Positions 19,773 to 30,089 of a stretch of 32,000 nucleotides of DNA are shown piece by piece. Positions within the stretch are counted from its first letter, which is position 1. Every line of letters starts with the position of its first letter. A program made the position numbers and the translations under genes. Source of the stretch: Promethearchaeum syntrophicum (GTDB lineage: Archaea > Asgardarchaeota > Lokiarchaeia > Sigyniarchaeales > Promethearchaeaceae). The notes below the pieces were generated by a model. The model did no database searches and was not told where the DNA came from. It was given only the letters and a program-made list of their open reading frames with translations. The stretch is from contig NZ_CP042905.2 in assembly GCF_008000775.2 (NCBI RefSeq), positions 1,680,001 through 1,712,000 on the forward strand. The letters are read 5' to 3'.

Positions 19773-20423
19773 CTAATTATTGAGCAAATTTCGACAGTAC
19801 TCCTTTATTTCATCGATTCCTCCTTTTAAAATCTCGTTTTCTTTTAACAAAAGCCGTGAAACATCTAATTTTATACTAATTAAATTTTCCAAATATTGAA
19901 GATTTTCTAATTTTTCTATTGGATTTCCCGTAAGATCCAAGAATTTTAGTCTTGAAAGATTAGGTAAAGCGGGGATTTCTTTGATCTCATTATAACCAAG
20001 ATTTAATGATTCGAGTTCTCTTAAATTTGCAAAATTTTCCATAGAATCTATTTTATTATAAGAAAAATCGGCAGATTTCAGAGCAGAAAGCTTCGGGAGA
20101 AGGGCTAATCCTGTAGAATCCAGGTGATTATCGCTTAAATTTAAGATTTGAAGATTTTCACACTGATCTAAAACCCGTAATTTCTTAATTTTGTTGGTTT
20201 GAAGTTGAAGTTTGTACAAGTTTGGAAATTTTGGTAAACTCCTCGGAATTGAAGCAAGTCCTGTTGAAATCATCTGAATTTCTACGACATGTCCATTTTC
20301 AATATTAAAATTAAACCCAAAAACATTACTTATTAAATCCATTAATCCTTTGATTAATCGATGCTCCTCTGTATCTGTGATTCCTTTCAGTTTTTCTCGC
20401 GGATCATAAAACCCCATTCTCAC
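19773..20423 (-). CDS. Leucine-rich repeat protein (SDS22-like repeats)
   Basis: Repeated LxxLxxLxLxxNxIxxI units: LPNLYKLQLQTNKIKKLRVLDQCENLQILNLSDNHLDS..., LRELESLNLGYNEIKEIPALPNLSRLKFLDLTGNPIEKL. Confidence 0.85.
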   Translation of the reverse strand: MRMGFYDPREKLKGITDTEEHRLIKGLMDLISNVFGFNFNIENGHVVEIQMISTGLASIPRSLPKFPNLYKLQLQTNKIKKLRVLDQCENLQILNLSDNHLDSTGLALLPKLSALKSADFSYNKIDSMENFANLRELESLNLGYNEIKEIPALPNLSRLKFLDLTGNPIEKLENLQYLENLISIKLDVSRLLLKENEILKGGIDEIKEYCRNLLNN

Positions 20424-20494
20424 ACCGTCCTAATGTAACTTTAAAGAGATAATATTTTAAGGTTTATTTCAAAGATGTATATTTAGTGTTATAG

Positions 20495-22006
20495 ATGAAA
20501 AGCTTTGAAATTTTAGAAAAACTTGTCAAAAGTAAAATTGTGACCACCTTAGGACCTGCTTCAAGCTCAGAAGAAATGTTATTAAAACTAAGAGATCAAG
20601 GGGTTGATGTATTTCGTATAAATATGTCTCATGCATCCAAAGGTGGAAAAGAAGTGAAACAGCTTTTTAACCGAATAAGGAAAGTTACCCCCGAACTGGC
20701 AATTTTAATGGACATCCAAGGACCAAAAATCCGCATTGGAGAAATCGAGGGGGTAGTTATTTTAAAACACGGAGATACTTTCCGGTTATTCGAAAAAACC
20801 ATTGTTGGAAATAAAGAACAAGCATCCATTTCATACAAAGGTTTTCTTACTGATATTCAAATCGGAAATTTTATTTTTATCAATGACGGACTTGTCCGAT
20901 TGAAAGTTATTTCTAAAAACATGGATGAAGGTTATCTTCAAACTGAAGTTATAGCTGGCGGCCCTATTTCCTCCCGAAAAGGTGTTAATATTCCATCAGG
21001 TGCCCTTAGTACAAAAAATCCTACAGATAAAGATATACACGACTTAAAACTTATTGCATCTTTAATCCCAGAATATTTAGCCGCGTCATTCATTGCAAAT
21101 GCATCGGAAGTAAAAACAATCAGAGCTATGCTTGATAATGCAGGGGCTCCAAGTGTAAAAATTATTTCCAAAATTGAACGTCCTATTGCGCTAGATAATT
21201 TTGACGAAATCCTTGCGGTTTCCGATGGAATTATGGTTGCACGTGGAGACCTCGGTGTTGAAATTCCTGCTGAAGAAGTCCCGATAAGACAGAAAGAAAT
21301 GATAATGAAATGCAATCGTGCGAGTAAACCTGTAATCGTAGCTACTCAGATGTTGGAATCTATGATTAATAACCCTGTTCCCACTCGTGCTGAAGTCAAT
21401 GATGTCTTTAATGCAGTATATGATCGCAGTGATGCCGTTATGCTTTCGGGTGAAACTTCCGTTGGGAAATTTCCACTAGAAGCAGTAAAATATATGGATA
21501 AAATCATTTGTAAAGCTGAAAAATATATTCCTATAATAAATCCAAATGTTGTTGATTCAGAAGATCCAGAAATGTATGAAGCAGTTGGCCACGCCGTATA
21601 CCTCCTTGCCGAAAATTTCAAAGACATGAATTATCGGGGAAAAATTGTTATGTTTACCGGGGGTGGAAAATCAACCCGTAAAGCAGCAAAATACAGACCA
21701 GCTTTTCCTATTCTTGCCATCACCAATAAAAAAACTACTGCACGACAACTAAATTTGATATGGGGCGTTCATCCGTACTTGATCAAAGATTTAAAATTCG
21801 ATGAATGGAGTAGCGAAGAAATTATGCAAAATGGAATTAAAGCTCTTGTTGAATACGGAATCCTCGAATTAAGAGAACATGTAATTTGCACAATACCATC
21901 CAGAATTTCCCCTGTTAGATGCTCGATTATGGGTCTTTATTATGTTGAGGATATACTACGAGATATAGAAATTGAAACCAAAGAATATATTCCGGATTTT
22001 AAGTAA
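20495..22006 (+). CDS. pyk: Pyruvate kinase
   Basis: KIVTTLGPAS, FRINMSHAS, DIQGPKIRIG, IMVARGDLGVEIPAEEVPIRQKEMI, VIVATQMLESMINNPVPTRAEVNDVFNAVYDRSDAVMLSGETSVGKFP. Confidence 0.97.
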   Translation: MKSFEILEKLVKSKIVTTLGPASSSEEMLLKLRDQGVDVFRINMSHASKGGKEVKQLFNRIRKVTPELAILMDIQGPKIRIGEIEGVVILKHGDTFRLFEKTIVGNKEQASISYKGFLTDIQIGNFIFINDGLVRLKVISKNMDEGYLQTEVIAGGPISSRKGVNIPSGALSTKNPTDKDIHDLKLIASLIPEYLAASFIANASEVKTIRAMLDNAGAPSVKIISKIERPIALDNFDEILAVSDGIMVARGDLGVEIPAEEVPIRQKEMIMKCNRASKPVIVATQMLESMINNPVPTRAEVNDVFNAVYDRSDAVMLSGETSVGKFPLEAVKYMDKIICKAEKYIPIINPNVVDSEDPEMYEAVGHAVYLLAENFKDMNYRGKIVMFTGGGKSTRKAAKYRPAFPILAITNKKTTARQLNLIWGVHPYLIKDLKFDEWSSEEIMQNGIKALVEYGILELREHVICTIPSRISPVRCSIMGLYYVEDILRDIEIETKEYIPDFK

Positions 22007-22107
22007 TTGAGAAAATAAATATAATTTATGGTGGTAATCGGGATAAAAAAATAAAGTTTTTTATCAGAAAAATATATCTTTACTTAATTTACAACAAATT
22101 TTACAAA

Positions 22108-22389
22108 GTGAATAAAATGTCAGTCGAAAAAAAATGCGCAGTATGCGGTGGAACTGAATTCCGTGTTGTACAAGACGAATGGATGAAGAGAACCTTCAAA
22201 TTCGTTGAAAACGGCCAGCTAAACATGTGTACGGGCTGTGGAGCAAAATTCCTTGTTTGCCCTAATTGCGGTGGGCTATTGACACGAGTACATCCTGCCC
22301 TTGAGAAATGGGAAGTTGATGATACATGCAAAAATTGCGGCTACGAGGATAAAGCGATTAAAGCATGGGATGGCGTTGGCGCCCGATAA
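22108..22389 (+). CDS. Small six-Cys zinc-finger protein
   Basis: CAVCGG...CTGCGAKFLVCPNCGGLLTRVHPALEKW...CKNCG. Confidence 0.75.
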   Translation: MNKMSVEKKCAVCGGTEFRVVQDEWMKRTFKFVENGQLNMCTGCGAKFLVCPNCGGLLTRVHPALEKWEVDDTCKNCGYEDKAIKAWDGVGAR

Positions 22390-22540
22390 AATCTTAAAAT
22401 TTTACAATAATCAAACGAATAACACGTATTTTTTTTTCCCTTAATTTTTTGTTAAAAATTCGATTATGTTTTCAAAGCGAAAAGAAATGAAAACATATAA
22501 AAATACAATATTCTTTTTTATATATTGAGATATTGTACAG

Positions 22541-23491
22541 ATGCATGACAAAAATAGTAAACCCGACAAGGAGAACTCTGCGGAGGTCTTAAATAACCGA
22601 TCAGATACCGAAATGAAACGCGCAAGTGATCGAAAGATCAAATGGATCAAGTTTTGGGTCGGAACAATGAAATATGTAATGGTTCTTCCCATAACTGTCG
22701 GTGTTATTGCTCCAATGATTTTTTATTTAGCTCCAATCGCCTTTGCTGGAATATATGTTGTTTTACAACTTACAGGGAGTGCATTTCTCGTTAGACTCAA
22801 TATTTTTCAGAGTTCTTATTTTTTTATAATCCTTGGAATATTTATTCAATTCGCAGGAATTATATTCACAGTCGGGGGAATGGGGCAAATTATCCTTTTT
22901 CGATACCGAAAAAAGAAAACTTTGGTTAAATCTCATTTCTATAAAAAAATTCGGCATCCTCAAAGTGTTGGGATAATTTTATTCATATTTGGGATGGTAA
23001 CTTGGGTCTTTGGCTTAACAGAAATTGTAGGTGTGTGGGCATTATTCTGGGTCTTTTATTTTTTTCTTCGCATGGAAGCTTACATCGAAGAGTATTTTCT
23101 GATCCAGAAATACAAGGATGAGTACATCATGTATATTAAATTAACCGGATTTTTTCTCCCTCAGACGGGAATAACACTATTTTCACGTAATGGATGGACT
23201 GGTAATCCTCAAAAATATCTCTTTAAAAAAATTTTTTGGAATTTATTGAGCTTGCTCTTAGTTTTGACTTTGATATTCGTTGGATGTTTATTATTTATAC
23301 ATTTTACAGATGCTTCTCTTCCAGTAATGTATGATACATGGAATAAACCAAGTTTTTACCCGAATAATTATATAATTTTGGAATGCATTGCAATCAGCCC
23401 CATATTTATTTTTTGGGTGTATTTCGTTGTGGTTTTCCTTAAAAAGCATCGAAAACAAGGAGAAAGCATTCTATCTTCAAACAATGGGTAA
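22541..23491 (+). CDS. Membrane protein with isoprenylcysteine/phospholipid methyltransferase-like core
   Basis: SHFYKKIRHPQSVGIILFIFGMVTWV...RMEAYIEEYFLIQKYKDEYIMYIKLTGFFLP (ICMT/PEMT-like motif). Confidence 0.6.
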   Translation: MHDKNSKPDKENSAEVLNNRSDTEMKRASDRKIKWIKFWVGTMKYVMVLPITVGVIAPMIFYLAPIAFAGIYVVLQLTGSAFLVRLNIFQSSYFFIILGIFIQFAGIIFTVGGMGQIILFRYRKKKTLVKSHFYKKIRHPQSVGIILFIFGMVTWVFGLTEIVGVWALFWVFYFFLRMEAYIEEYFLIQKYKDEYIMYIKLTGFFLPQTGITLFSRNGWTGNPQKYLFKKIFWNLLSLLLVLTLIFVGCLLFIHFTDASLPVMYDTWNKPSFYPNNYIILECIAISPIFIFWVYFVVVFLKKHRKQGESILSSNNG

Positions 23492-23636
23492 TTTTTGGTT
23501 AAGATTCTCACATTTATAATATAGGCTATCAAATAGAATCTCCTCTCTTTTTATGACTCTGAAATATAAGTTTTTTTACTTAAATCTAATTCCTTTAAAG
23601 AATTGAATTTATATCGATTACCACGGTGAATTTGGT

Positions 23637-24104
23637 ATGAAAAAGAAACTTCTCCTCTTCATTATCATCGGAGGAATTATCATTGGTGGTGGTAGTCTCG
23701 GTGTTTATTATTATTTAAATCCATTAGGTACAGGGAACCAATCTGTGGTTTCTGGAACCATTCTATCCGAGAGAACATTAATTGATATGGACTCTTCTCA
23801 TAAAGGGTCTGGAACTGTACACGTTGTGGAGATAGACTCCGATACGATAGAATTACAATATATTAATGTAGAAATTACAAACGGACCTGATTTATTTGTC
23901 TATCTTTCGAAAACAGAGTCATTTTCTCATACTGATGATCCTATAGGTACATTTGTCAATTTGGGTGAACTAACCTACAATTCGGGGAATTTTACTTATA
24001 CCATTCAATCCAGTGTCCAATTGGACGATTATCACTCAGTTGTTATTTATTGTAGGCAATATAGCGTAATTTTCGCATATGCAGCATTAAACTCAACCGA
24101 ATAA
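23637..24104 (+). CDS. Membrane-anchored DM13-domain protein
   Basis: N-terminal TM then GTVHVVEI...TNGPDLFVYLSKT...FVNLGELTYNSGNFTYTIQSSVQLDDYHSVVIYCRQYSVIFAYAAL. Confidence 0.7.
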   Translation: MKKKLLLFIIIGGIIIGGGSLGVYYYLNPLGTGNQSVVSGTILSERTLIDMDSSHKGSGTVHVVEIDSDTIELQYINVEITNGPDLFVYLSKTESFSHTDDPIGTFVNLGELTYNSGNFTYTIQSSVQLDDYHSVVIYCRQYSVIFAYAALNSTE

Positions 24105-24137
24105 AGCTCTCGCTTTTTTAAAAATATTCATATAATT

Positions 24138-25946
24138 CTAACTTAAATGTAATTCTTGCCATTCTAAACTTTGATGAGCGAAGTATTGGGTGTAAAGGGT
24201 AGCGTATTTTCCCTTTTGGTTAAGTAATGTTTCATGTGTTCCTTCTTCAACGATTTTGCCATGGTCCATTACAATTATCCTATCTGAGTTGATAATTGTT
24301 GACAATCGATGGGCAATAATAATAGATGTTCTATTTTCTAAGATTTTTTCGAGAGCTTCTTGAATCATGGCTTCAGTATAAGCATCTACACTCGAAGTGG
24401 CTTCGTCTAAAATTAAAACTTTCGGATCAAGTAGAATAGCTCGAGCAAAACTGATTAGTTGGCGCTGTCCTACGGAGAGGTTCTTTCCCCGTTCACCAAT
24501 ATGAGTATTGATACCGTCTGGAAGATTATTAATAAAATCTTGGGCTTGCACAATTTTGATCACCCGTAAAATACCCTCATCAGAAGCATCTTGGCGGCCG
24601 TAACGGATATTATCAGCAATCGTCCCTGGGAAAAGATACACATCTTGTTCAACTTTTCCCATAAATTTTCGAAAAGAATCCAATGTAAAACTTCTGATAT
24701 TTTTTCCGTCAAATTGTATTTGCCCTCCTTGAAATTCATAATATCTTGCTAATAATGCGACAAGTGATGTTTTTCCCGCACCAGTATGACCAACAATAGC
24801 TAATTTTTCTCCCGCAGCAATGTCCAAATTCAGATCGTCGAAAACTATATGCTCGTCATTATAAGCAAATCGTATATTTTGAAGAGAAATTTTTCCTTTT
24901 AATTGTTTTAAGGGAATTGGGTTCTTTTGTTGGGTTACTCGAGGTTTTGCATCGAGTATTCCTAAAATACGTTCATAAGAAGCCATTCCCGCACTTAATT
25001 CTGGGAAAAATCGACCTAAAAACATGATCGGTCTAAACAAATTTTGTAAATATAGAACAAACATAACTAAAGCACCCACCGATAATTGATCATTTAAAAT
25101 CGAGTTTACACCGAAATAAAACACTAAACATAAGATTATTGAAGTAATTGTGTTAATTAATGGTCTCCAAAAGTGAGTGACTGCAGTTAATCGCATCCAA
25201 GATCGAAAATATTCTTGGTTAATGTCTTCAAATTGTTGAGATATATTATGTTCCTGCCCGAAACTTTTGGAAATTTGTATTCCTTCGATGGCTTCTACCA
25301 TCGCAGAGCTGACATTTCCTATTGACTTACGATAAGCTACACTCACTTTTTTTGCTAATTTTCTTAAACTAAACATTAATAAGAACAAAACAGGAATTCC
25401 TGCCATAGTAATTAATGCTAATCGAAAATTGTATGAAATAAGAATTACAAATGTGAATATACTGATAACTACATTTCCTAACATGTTACTGATTAACACA
25501 GCCGTATTACTGAAATCTAAAGTATCATTGACAATAATACTATTAACTTTTCCACTCATGTGCTCATCGAAAAAGGTCATGTCTTGTTCTTGCACTTTTT
25601 GAAATAATGCAAGTCGCAAATTTTCAAGAAAATGTGGAATATATTTTCCCAATTGTACCCTTTGCAAGGAAAATGAAACCCAATTTAAAAGATAAAACCC
25701 TAAATATGACAAACCAGCAATAAGTATCAGATTATATCTTGGATTTTCTAAAAGAAACTCATCTGAAATAAACCCAACTAATAAAGGATTAATTAGATCC
25801 GCTATTGCCTGAATAATTATAAATAATGCAATAAGGAATATATTTTTCTTAAATGGTTTTAAATGATAAATATAGCGCTTAAATAGCTCCCGATCAGTAT
25901 ATTCCCTCTGCTTCTTATCAGCCATTATACTACGGAATATCCCCAT
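24138..25946 (-). CDS. ABC transporter, fused permease-ATPase (exporter type), subunit 2
   Basis: Walker A GHTGAGKTS, signature LSVGQRQLISFARAILLDPKVLILDEATSSVD. Start refined to ATG at 25946 (MGIFRS), preceded by GGAGG, just after the upstream gene's TAA at 25950-25948. Confidence 0.93.
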   Translation of the reverse strand: MGIFRSIMADKKQREYTDRELFKRYIYHLKPFKKNIFLIALFIIIQAIADLINPLLVGFISDEFLLENPRYNLILIAGLSYLGFYLLNWVSFSLQRVQLGKYIPHFLENLRLALFQKVQEQDMTFFDEHMSGKVNSIIVNDTLDFSNTAVLISNMLGNVVISIFTFVILISYNFRLALITMAGIPVLFLLMFSLRKLAKKVSVAYRKSIGNVSSAMVEAIEGIQISKSFGQEHNISQQFEDINQEYFRSWMRLTAVTHFWRPLINTITSIILCLVFYFGVNSILNDQLSVGALVMFVLYLQNLFRPIMFLGRFFPELSAGMASYERILGILDAKPRVTQQKNPIPLKQLKGKISLQNIRFAYNDEHIVFDDLNLDIAAGEKLAIVGHTGAGKTSLVALLARYYEFQGGQIQFDGKNIRSFTLDSFRKFMGKVEQDVYLFPGTIADNIRYGRQDASDEGILRVIKIVQAQDFINNLPDGINTHIGERGKNLSVGQRQLISFARAILLDPKVLILDEATSSVDAYTEAMIQEALEKILENRTSIIIAHRLSTIINSDRIIVMDHGKIVEEGTHETLLNQKGKYATLYTQYFAHQSLEWQELHLS

Positions 25947-25947
25947 C

Positions 25948-27792
25948 TTAAGTGTTCCCCTCCAATTTATTTTTTTCTTGATATATCGTTTGGTTTCCAA
26001 AAATTTTACTATAATCTGTTGAAGTTTTTAGTAAGAAGTCATGATCTCCTTGGGCAACAATCTCTCCATTTTTCAGAACTAAGATTAAATCTGATGTTCT
26101 AATTGTATGTAATCGGTGAGTTATGATTAGAGTGGTTCGATTTTTTAGAATGTTAGAGATTGCTTTTCCAATTTTTTCTTCAGTTTCGCTATCAATTGCT
26201 GACATGGAATCATCTAATATGAGGATATCTGGATCAGTCAGAAACGCTCGAGCAATAGCGATTCGTTGTTTTTCACCTCCAGAAAGACGAGTACCCCGTT
26301 CTCCGACGATTGTTTTATATTCTAAAGGTAATGTTCTAACAAAATCATGTACATGCGCTAATTTCGCAACTTTAAGCACTTCTTCATGATTGGCTTCGGG
26401 ATTTCCAAATTTTATGTTTTCTTCGATTGAATGTGAGAAAAGGAATACATCTTGTTCAATTAAACCAATATTTTGGCGTACATTTTTAAGGGGAAAATCA
26501 TGAATATTCTGATCATCAAGCAATATTTCCCCTTTATCTGGCCTATATAACCTAAGCAATAATTTTGCTAACGTGGTCTTCCCACAACCAGTTGGACCTA
26601 CTAAAGCAACCTTTTGATTTGGTTTAATTGAAAAATTTAGATTTTTTAAAACTACAGGATTTCTTCCATTATTATTCGGATATGTAAACGATACATTTTT
26701 AAATTCAATTTTTCCTTGAAAAGTGCTTGTAGGTAGTATTCCTTCTTTAAGTGAAGATTCTACTTTTCCCGTAACAATATTTGAGAAAAGTCGTTCGCTA
26801 GCACCAAATCCTCCAATCATATCTTTTGTTGCCCAAAAGATCATTTCAGTCGGTTGAATCAATGTGAGAAGGAGCAAATTAATCGCGGTTAATTCACCAA
26901 TGGTCATCATATTTCTTTGAATAAGAAAGCAACCATAAACAAAAGATGTTCCGATTGCAGCATAGATTACTAATAAAGGAAAAAATTTGGCTTGAACTCG
27001 ATTTTCACCTAACCAGTTCTCCCGATATGCTTTTACAACTTCTTTAAATTTTCTTATTTCAATTGGCTCTGCGCAAAATGCTCGGGTTATTTGAATCCCA
27101 TTTAAAGATTCTTGTAGAGCAACCGTTACTTCAGCATGTTTTGAAAGAGCTTGTTTAGAAAAAGGAGTTAATTTCTTTCTATATTGAAGGACAAAATAAA
27201 CATATACCACAATAAAGGGAAATAATAATAAAGCCATGCGATAATTAAATGATTGGTATGATAAACCAATAGCAATTATACTTTGAATAAAGGGATAAAT
27301 ATAAAAACTCCCATGAGCAATCATTGTATTGATCACTCGTAGATCATTGGTTGCTAAAGCTTGCAAATCACCTGTTTTTACTTGATCGTGGAATTTAAGA
27401 GGTTTTTGCTGTACTGTCTCAAAAAATTCTCTACGCATACTCATTTCAGTTTTCGATCCAAGATTATGGCCTATCATCCAGGTTGCATACTCAATAATAT
27501 TTCTGATTATATACATTCCAAATAGGACGCTAACCATTAATATTAAATTTCCACTGAAATTTGGGTCAATGATAGAATCTAAAATAGATCCAATCCGTAC
27601 CGGGATAATTACACGAGAAAATGTCACAGCAATGATGCCAATCAGATTTAATATCAAAAGGACTGGATGATGCCAAATATGAATAAAGAGCCAGCGACTG
27701 TAATCTTTAGTTGAGATATTATTGATACTCATTAAATTTCTTCCTCGCACTAAATGGAAAAAAGTTTGGGTTATTAAAAAACATTGGAACAT
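25948..27792 (-). CDS. ABC transporter, fused permease-ATPase (exporter type), subunit 1
   Basis: Walker A GPTGCGKTT, signature LSGGEKQRIAIARAFLTDPDILILDDSMSAIDSETE. Confidence 0.93.
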   Translation of the reverse strand: MFQCFLITQTFFHLVRGRNLMSINNISTKDYSRWLFIHIWHHPVLLILNLIGIIAVTFSRVIIPVRIGSILDSIIDPNFSGNLILMVSVLFGMYIIRNIIEYATWMIGHNLGSKTEMSMRREFFETVQQKPLKFHDQVKTGDLQALATNDLRVINTMIAHGSFYIYPFIQSIIAIGLSYQSFNYRMALLLFPFIVVYVYFVLQYRKKLTPFSKQALSKHAEVTVALQESLNGIQITRAFCAEPIEIRKFKEVVKAYRENWLGENRVQAKFFPLLVIYAAIGTSFVYGCFLIQRNMMTIGELTAINLLLLTLIQPTEMIFWATKDMIGGFGASERLFSNIVTGKVESSLKEGILPTSTFQGKIEFKNVSFTYPNNNGRNPVVLKNLNFSIKPNQKVALVGPTGCGKTTLAKLLLRLYRPDKGEILLDDQNIHDFPLKNVRQNIGLIEQDVFLFSHSIEENIKFGNPEANHEEVLKVAKLAHVHDFVRTLPLEYKTIVGERGTRLSGGEKQRIAIARAFLTDPDILILDDSMSAIDSETEEKIGKAISNILKNRTTLIITHRLHTIRTSDLILVLKNGEIVAQGDHDFLLKTSTDYSKIFGNQTIYQEKNKLEGNT

Positions 27793-27861
27793 GAACTAAT
27801 CTAAATTTCCAGGAAGATACTCAGATGGACTTTTAAAAGAAGAATATTATTAAAAAAAGTT

Positions 27862-28317
27862 TTACTTTAAGTCTGCGCCGCAAATACCACAGAACTTCGC
27901 ATTATAATTATTTTGTGATCCACATACGGGACAAATGGTTGTATTTTTATTAGGTATAGTTGTGTTTCCCCCAGGATAAACAGGTTTGGGTTGAGTTTGT
28001 TGAGGAGGTTGACTTTGAGGTTGACTATAAATTGGTTGCGGCCGTCCATATACTTGGTTTTGATGACTATTGAATGATGGTTGTTGAAAATTATTTTCTT
28101 CATTGGGATGATTTGATGCGGTGATCAAGTATATTATCCCACCAATGCAAACCCCACAGCAGCATGTTAATGCTATAAACATTGTAGGTTCCATACCGCG
28201 CTTTTGGCAATCTTTTGCAATAAATACAGCAATACCAATTCTAATTATGGTAATAATTATAGTTGGAAGAAAAGTCATTAATGAAAAACCATAAGGGAGA
28301 AATTCTTGAAAAATCAT
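27862..28317 (-). CDS. Small membrane protein with P/Q-rich linker and C-terminal zinc ribbon
   Basis: Two hydrophobic segments, QPQSQPPQQTQPKPVYPGG, CPVCGSQNNYNAKFCGICGADLK. Confidence 0.6.
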   Translation of the reverse strand: MIFQEFLPYGFSLMTFLPTIIITIIRIGIAVFIAKDCQKRGMEPTMFIALTCCCGVCIGGIIYLITASNHPNEENNFQQPSFNSHQNQVYGRPQPIYSQPQSQPPQQTQPKPVYPGGNTTIPNKNTTICPVCGSQNNYNAKFCGICGADLK

Positions 28318-28377
28318 AAGAAATTATTAAAATTCCGCATTAAAAAAATTTTTTATTTTTTCTGCGATCTTTTAGAT

Positions 28378-28926
28378 ATGAATAAGTTTTTTTCACGATC
28401 TAAAGAATTCTTAAAAAATTACGGATCTTTATTTCTTTCTCATCATCCTTCGTGTTCCCAATATCAAAACCATACAATAAACATCTCTAAAATACGTTTA
28501 TGTATTGGATGTTTCATTGGATATCCAAGCGCGCTTCTTTCAATTTTCGTGGGAATATATTTTATTTATCCAGCAATTACTCAAAAATTTTATATATTAT
28601 TTTTTGGTGTCTTTCTGTTTTTATCTCAATTCTTAAGTTTAACAAAACTCACTGAGATAAAATCTATCAAAATCATACAAAAATTTCTCATGGGTTTCGG
28701 CGTTGGCCAAGTTTTAGTGGTGAGTTATTATTGGATTCAAGGACCAGTTTTACTAAAAATAATTGGTGTTTGGAGTGTCATTCTTCTTTTTATGGGACCA
28801 ATTAGTCTTATGCATTACCTGAATATGCGTAATACTTGTGAAAATTGCCTTGATCGTGGAATTTCTAGGGATTGTATATATTCTAAAACTAAAAAAACAG
28901 GAGAAGATGTTGTTAATAATGAGTAA
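28378..28926 (+). CDS. Cys/His-containing membrane protein, DUF2085-like
   Basis: FLSHHPSCSQYQNHTINISKIRLCIGCFIGYPSALLSIF resembles H..C...RS...CxRCxGIYxG of DUF2085. Start at 28306 possible but would overlap the divergent gene. Confidence 0.5.
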   Translation: MNKFFSRSKEFLKNYGSLFLSHHPSCSQYQNHTINISKIRLCIGCFIGYPSALLSIFVGIYFIYPAITQKFYILFFGVFLFLSQFLSLTKLTEIKSIKIIQKFLMGFGVGQVLVVSYYWIQGPVLLKIIGVWSVILLFMGPISLMHYLNMRNTCENCLDRGISRDCIYSKTKKTGEDVVNNE

Positions 28927-29197
28927 AAAAACTGATTGCGAAATTTGTGGGAATTCAACTTACCATGAAGTTGAATCATCAATTCTTATTGAACGCTATC
29001 CATTTATCACTCCAAAAAATTTAGTTGAGTGTTCGAAATGTGGTGCTAGATACATCACATGCTCTAATTGTGGTTCCATATTTAACCGGGTACATCTAGC
29101 GCTTGATATTTTTCAAATAAAAGAAAAATGCCCTAAATGTAATATTAAAAACAAGGAACTGTCAGATTGGATATTAAATTTTAGGGATCACAATTAA
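28919..29197 (+). CDS. Small six-Cys zinc-finger protein, paralogue of 22108-22389
   Basis: ATG at 28919 overlaps the previous stop (AATGAGTAA); CEICGN...CSKCGARYITCSNCGSIFNRVHLALDIF...CPKC. The track start at 28838 is likely overextended. Confidence 0.72.
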   Translation: MSKKTDCEICGNSTYHEVESSILIERYPFITPKNLVECSKCGARYITCSNCGSIFNRVHLALDIFQIKEKCPKCNIKNKELSDWILNFRDHN

Positions 29198-29363
29198 TCG
29201 TTAAATAATTCTAATGTTTTGAGGGAGAGAGTTTTAATTTAAACCTCGAATCAAAGCATTATATGTTAAAATGCAAAATAAAAAAATGGAATTACTCTTT
29301 TTTGAGTAAACTTTCTCCTAATAATGAGTAAATCTTTAATTTGATCGAAATAAAATATTTAAT

Positions 29364-30029
29364 ATGGATGCGACTACCTTTGATGTTTCTCAACCTAACC
29401 AAGAAGAACGTGAAGTGCCGAAAAATTATCAGAAAAAATTAACAATTGAAATTGCTGGAGCTGCTATATTTGGGGCGTTATCGATTGCATTATCATATCT
29501 TTCAACCCCCTATATTCCACGTGTAGCATGGGGTTTGGCGTATTTTGATCCGGTCTCAATCATCTGGATAATGTCATTTTTTGTATTCGGATTTAGAGCG
29601 GGATTATTAACAAGCGTTATAGGGACTCTAGGGCTTATGCCGTTTGATAGTTTTGCTCCAATTGGACCTCTTATGAAATTTGGTTCAACTATTTGGTTTG
29701 TTTTAATTCCCTATCTATATACTCGTTTGAAATTAAAATCTGCCCCCAGCGGCAAAGATATAAAAAAGTTACAAAATTATATACCCAGTGTGATTTTGGC
29801 TTGGTTAATTCGCTGTATTGTAATGACAGTTATAAATTATTTACTTTTAACCTATGTGGTGATTATTCCTGTAGATTTGGAATGGCTTGGATTATCTCAA
29901 ATTTCAAGAGTTTGGGTAATAATTATTACGGTCTTTTTATTAAATACAATACAAACTTTATTTGATATCATCGTTCCCTACCTACTCGTATTTTCCACCA
30001 AGATATACGATCGATTTGAAATTTACTAA
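29364..30029 (+). CDS. ECF-transporter substrate-binding (S) component-like membrane protein
   Basis: IAGAAIFGALSIALSYL...RVAWGLAYFDPVSIIWIMSFFVFGFRAGLLTSVIGTLGL...FGSTIWFVLIPYLY, typical ECF-S fold pattern. Confidence 0.6.
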   Translation: MDATTFDVSQPNQEEREVPKNYQKKLTIEIAGAAIFGALSIALSYLSTPYIPRVAWGLAYFDPVSIIWIMSFFVFGFRAGLLTSVIGTLGLMPFDSFAPIGPLMKFGSTIWFVLIPYLYTRLKLKSAPSGKDIKKLQNYIPSVILAWLIRCIVMTVINYLLLTYVVIIPVDLEWLGLSQISRVWVIIITVFLLNTIQTLFDIIVPYLLVFSTKIYDRFEIY

Positions 30030-30089
30030 TTTTTTTTTTCTCTTTGTCATTAAGATAGATTTAAAAATTTACTCAACAAAATTGTTATT

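Noticed and set aside
24138-26000. 53-bp overlap of the two ABC transporter genes
   Set aside because: An alternative ATG at 25946 with a GGAGG upstream places the start just after the previous stop, so the overlap is an ORF-calling artefact.
28306-28377. N-terminal extension of the DUF2085-like gene
   Set aside because: Would overlap the start of the divergent gene at 28317; the internal ATG at 28378 is more plausible.
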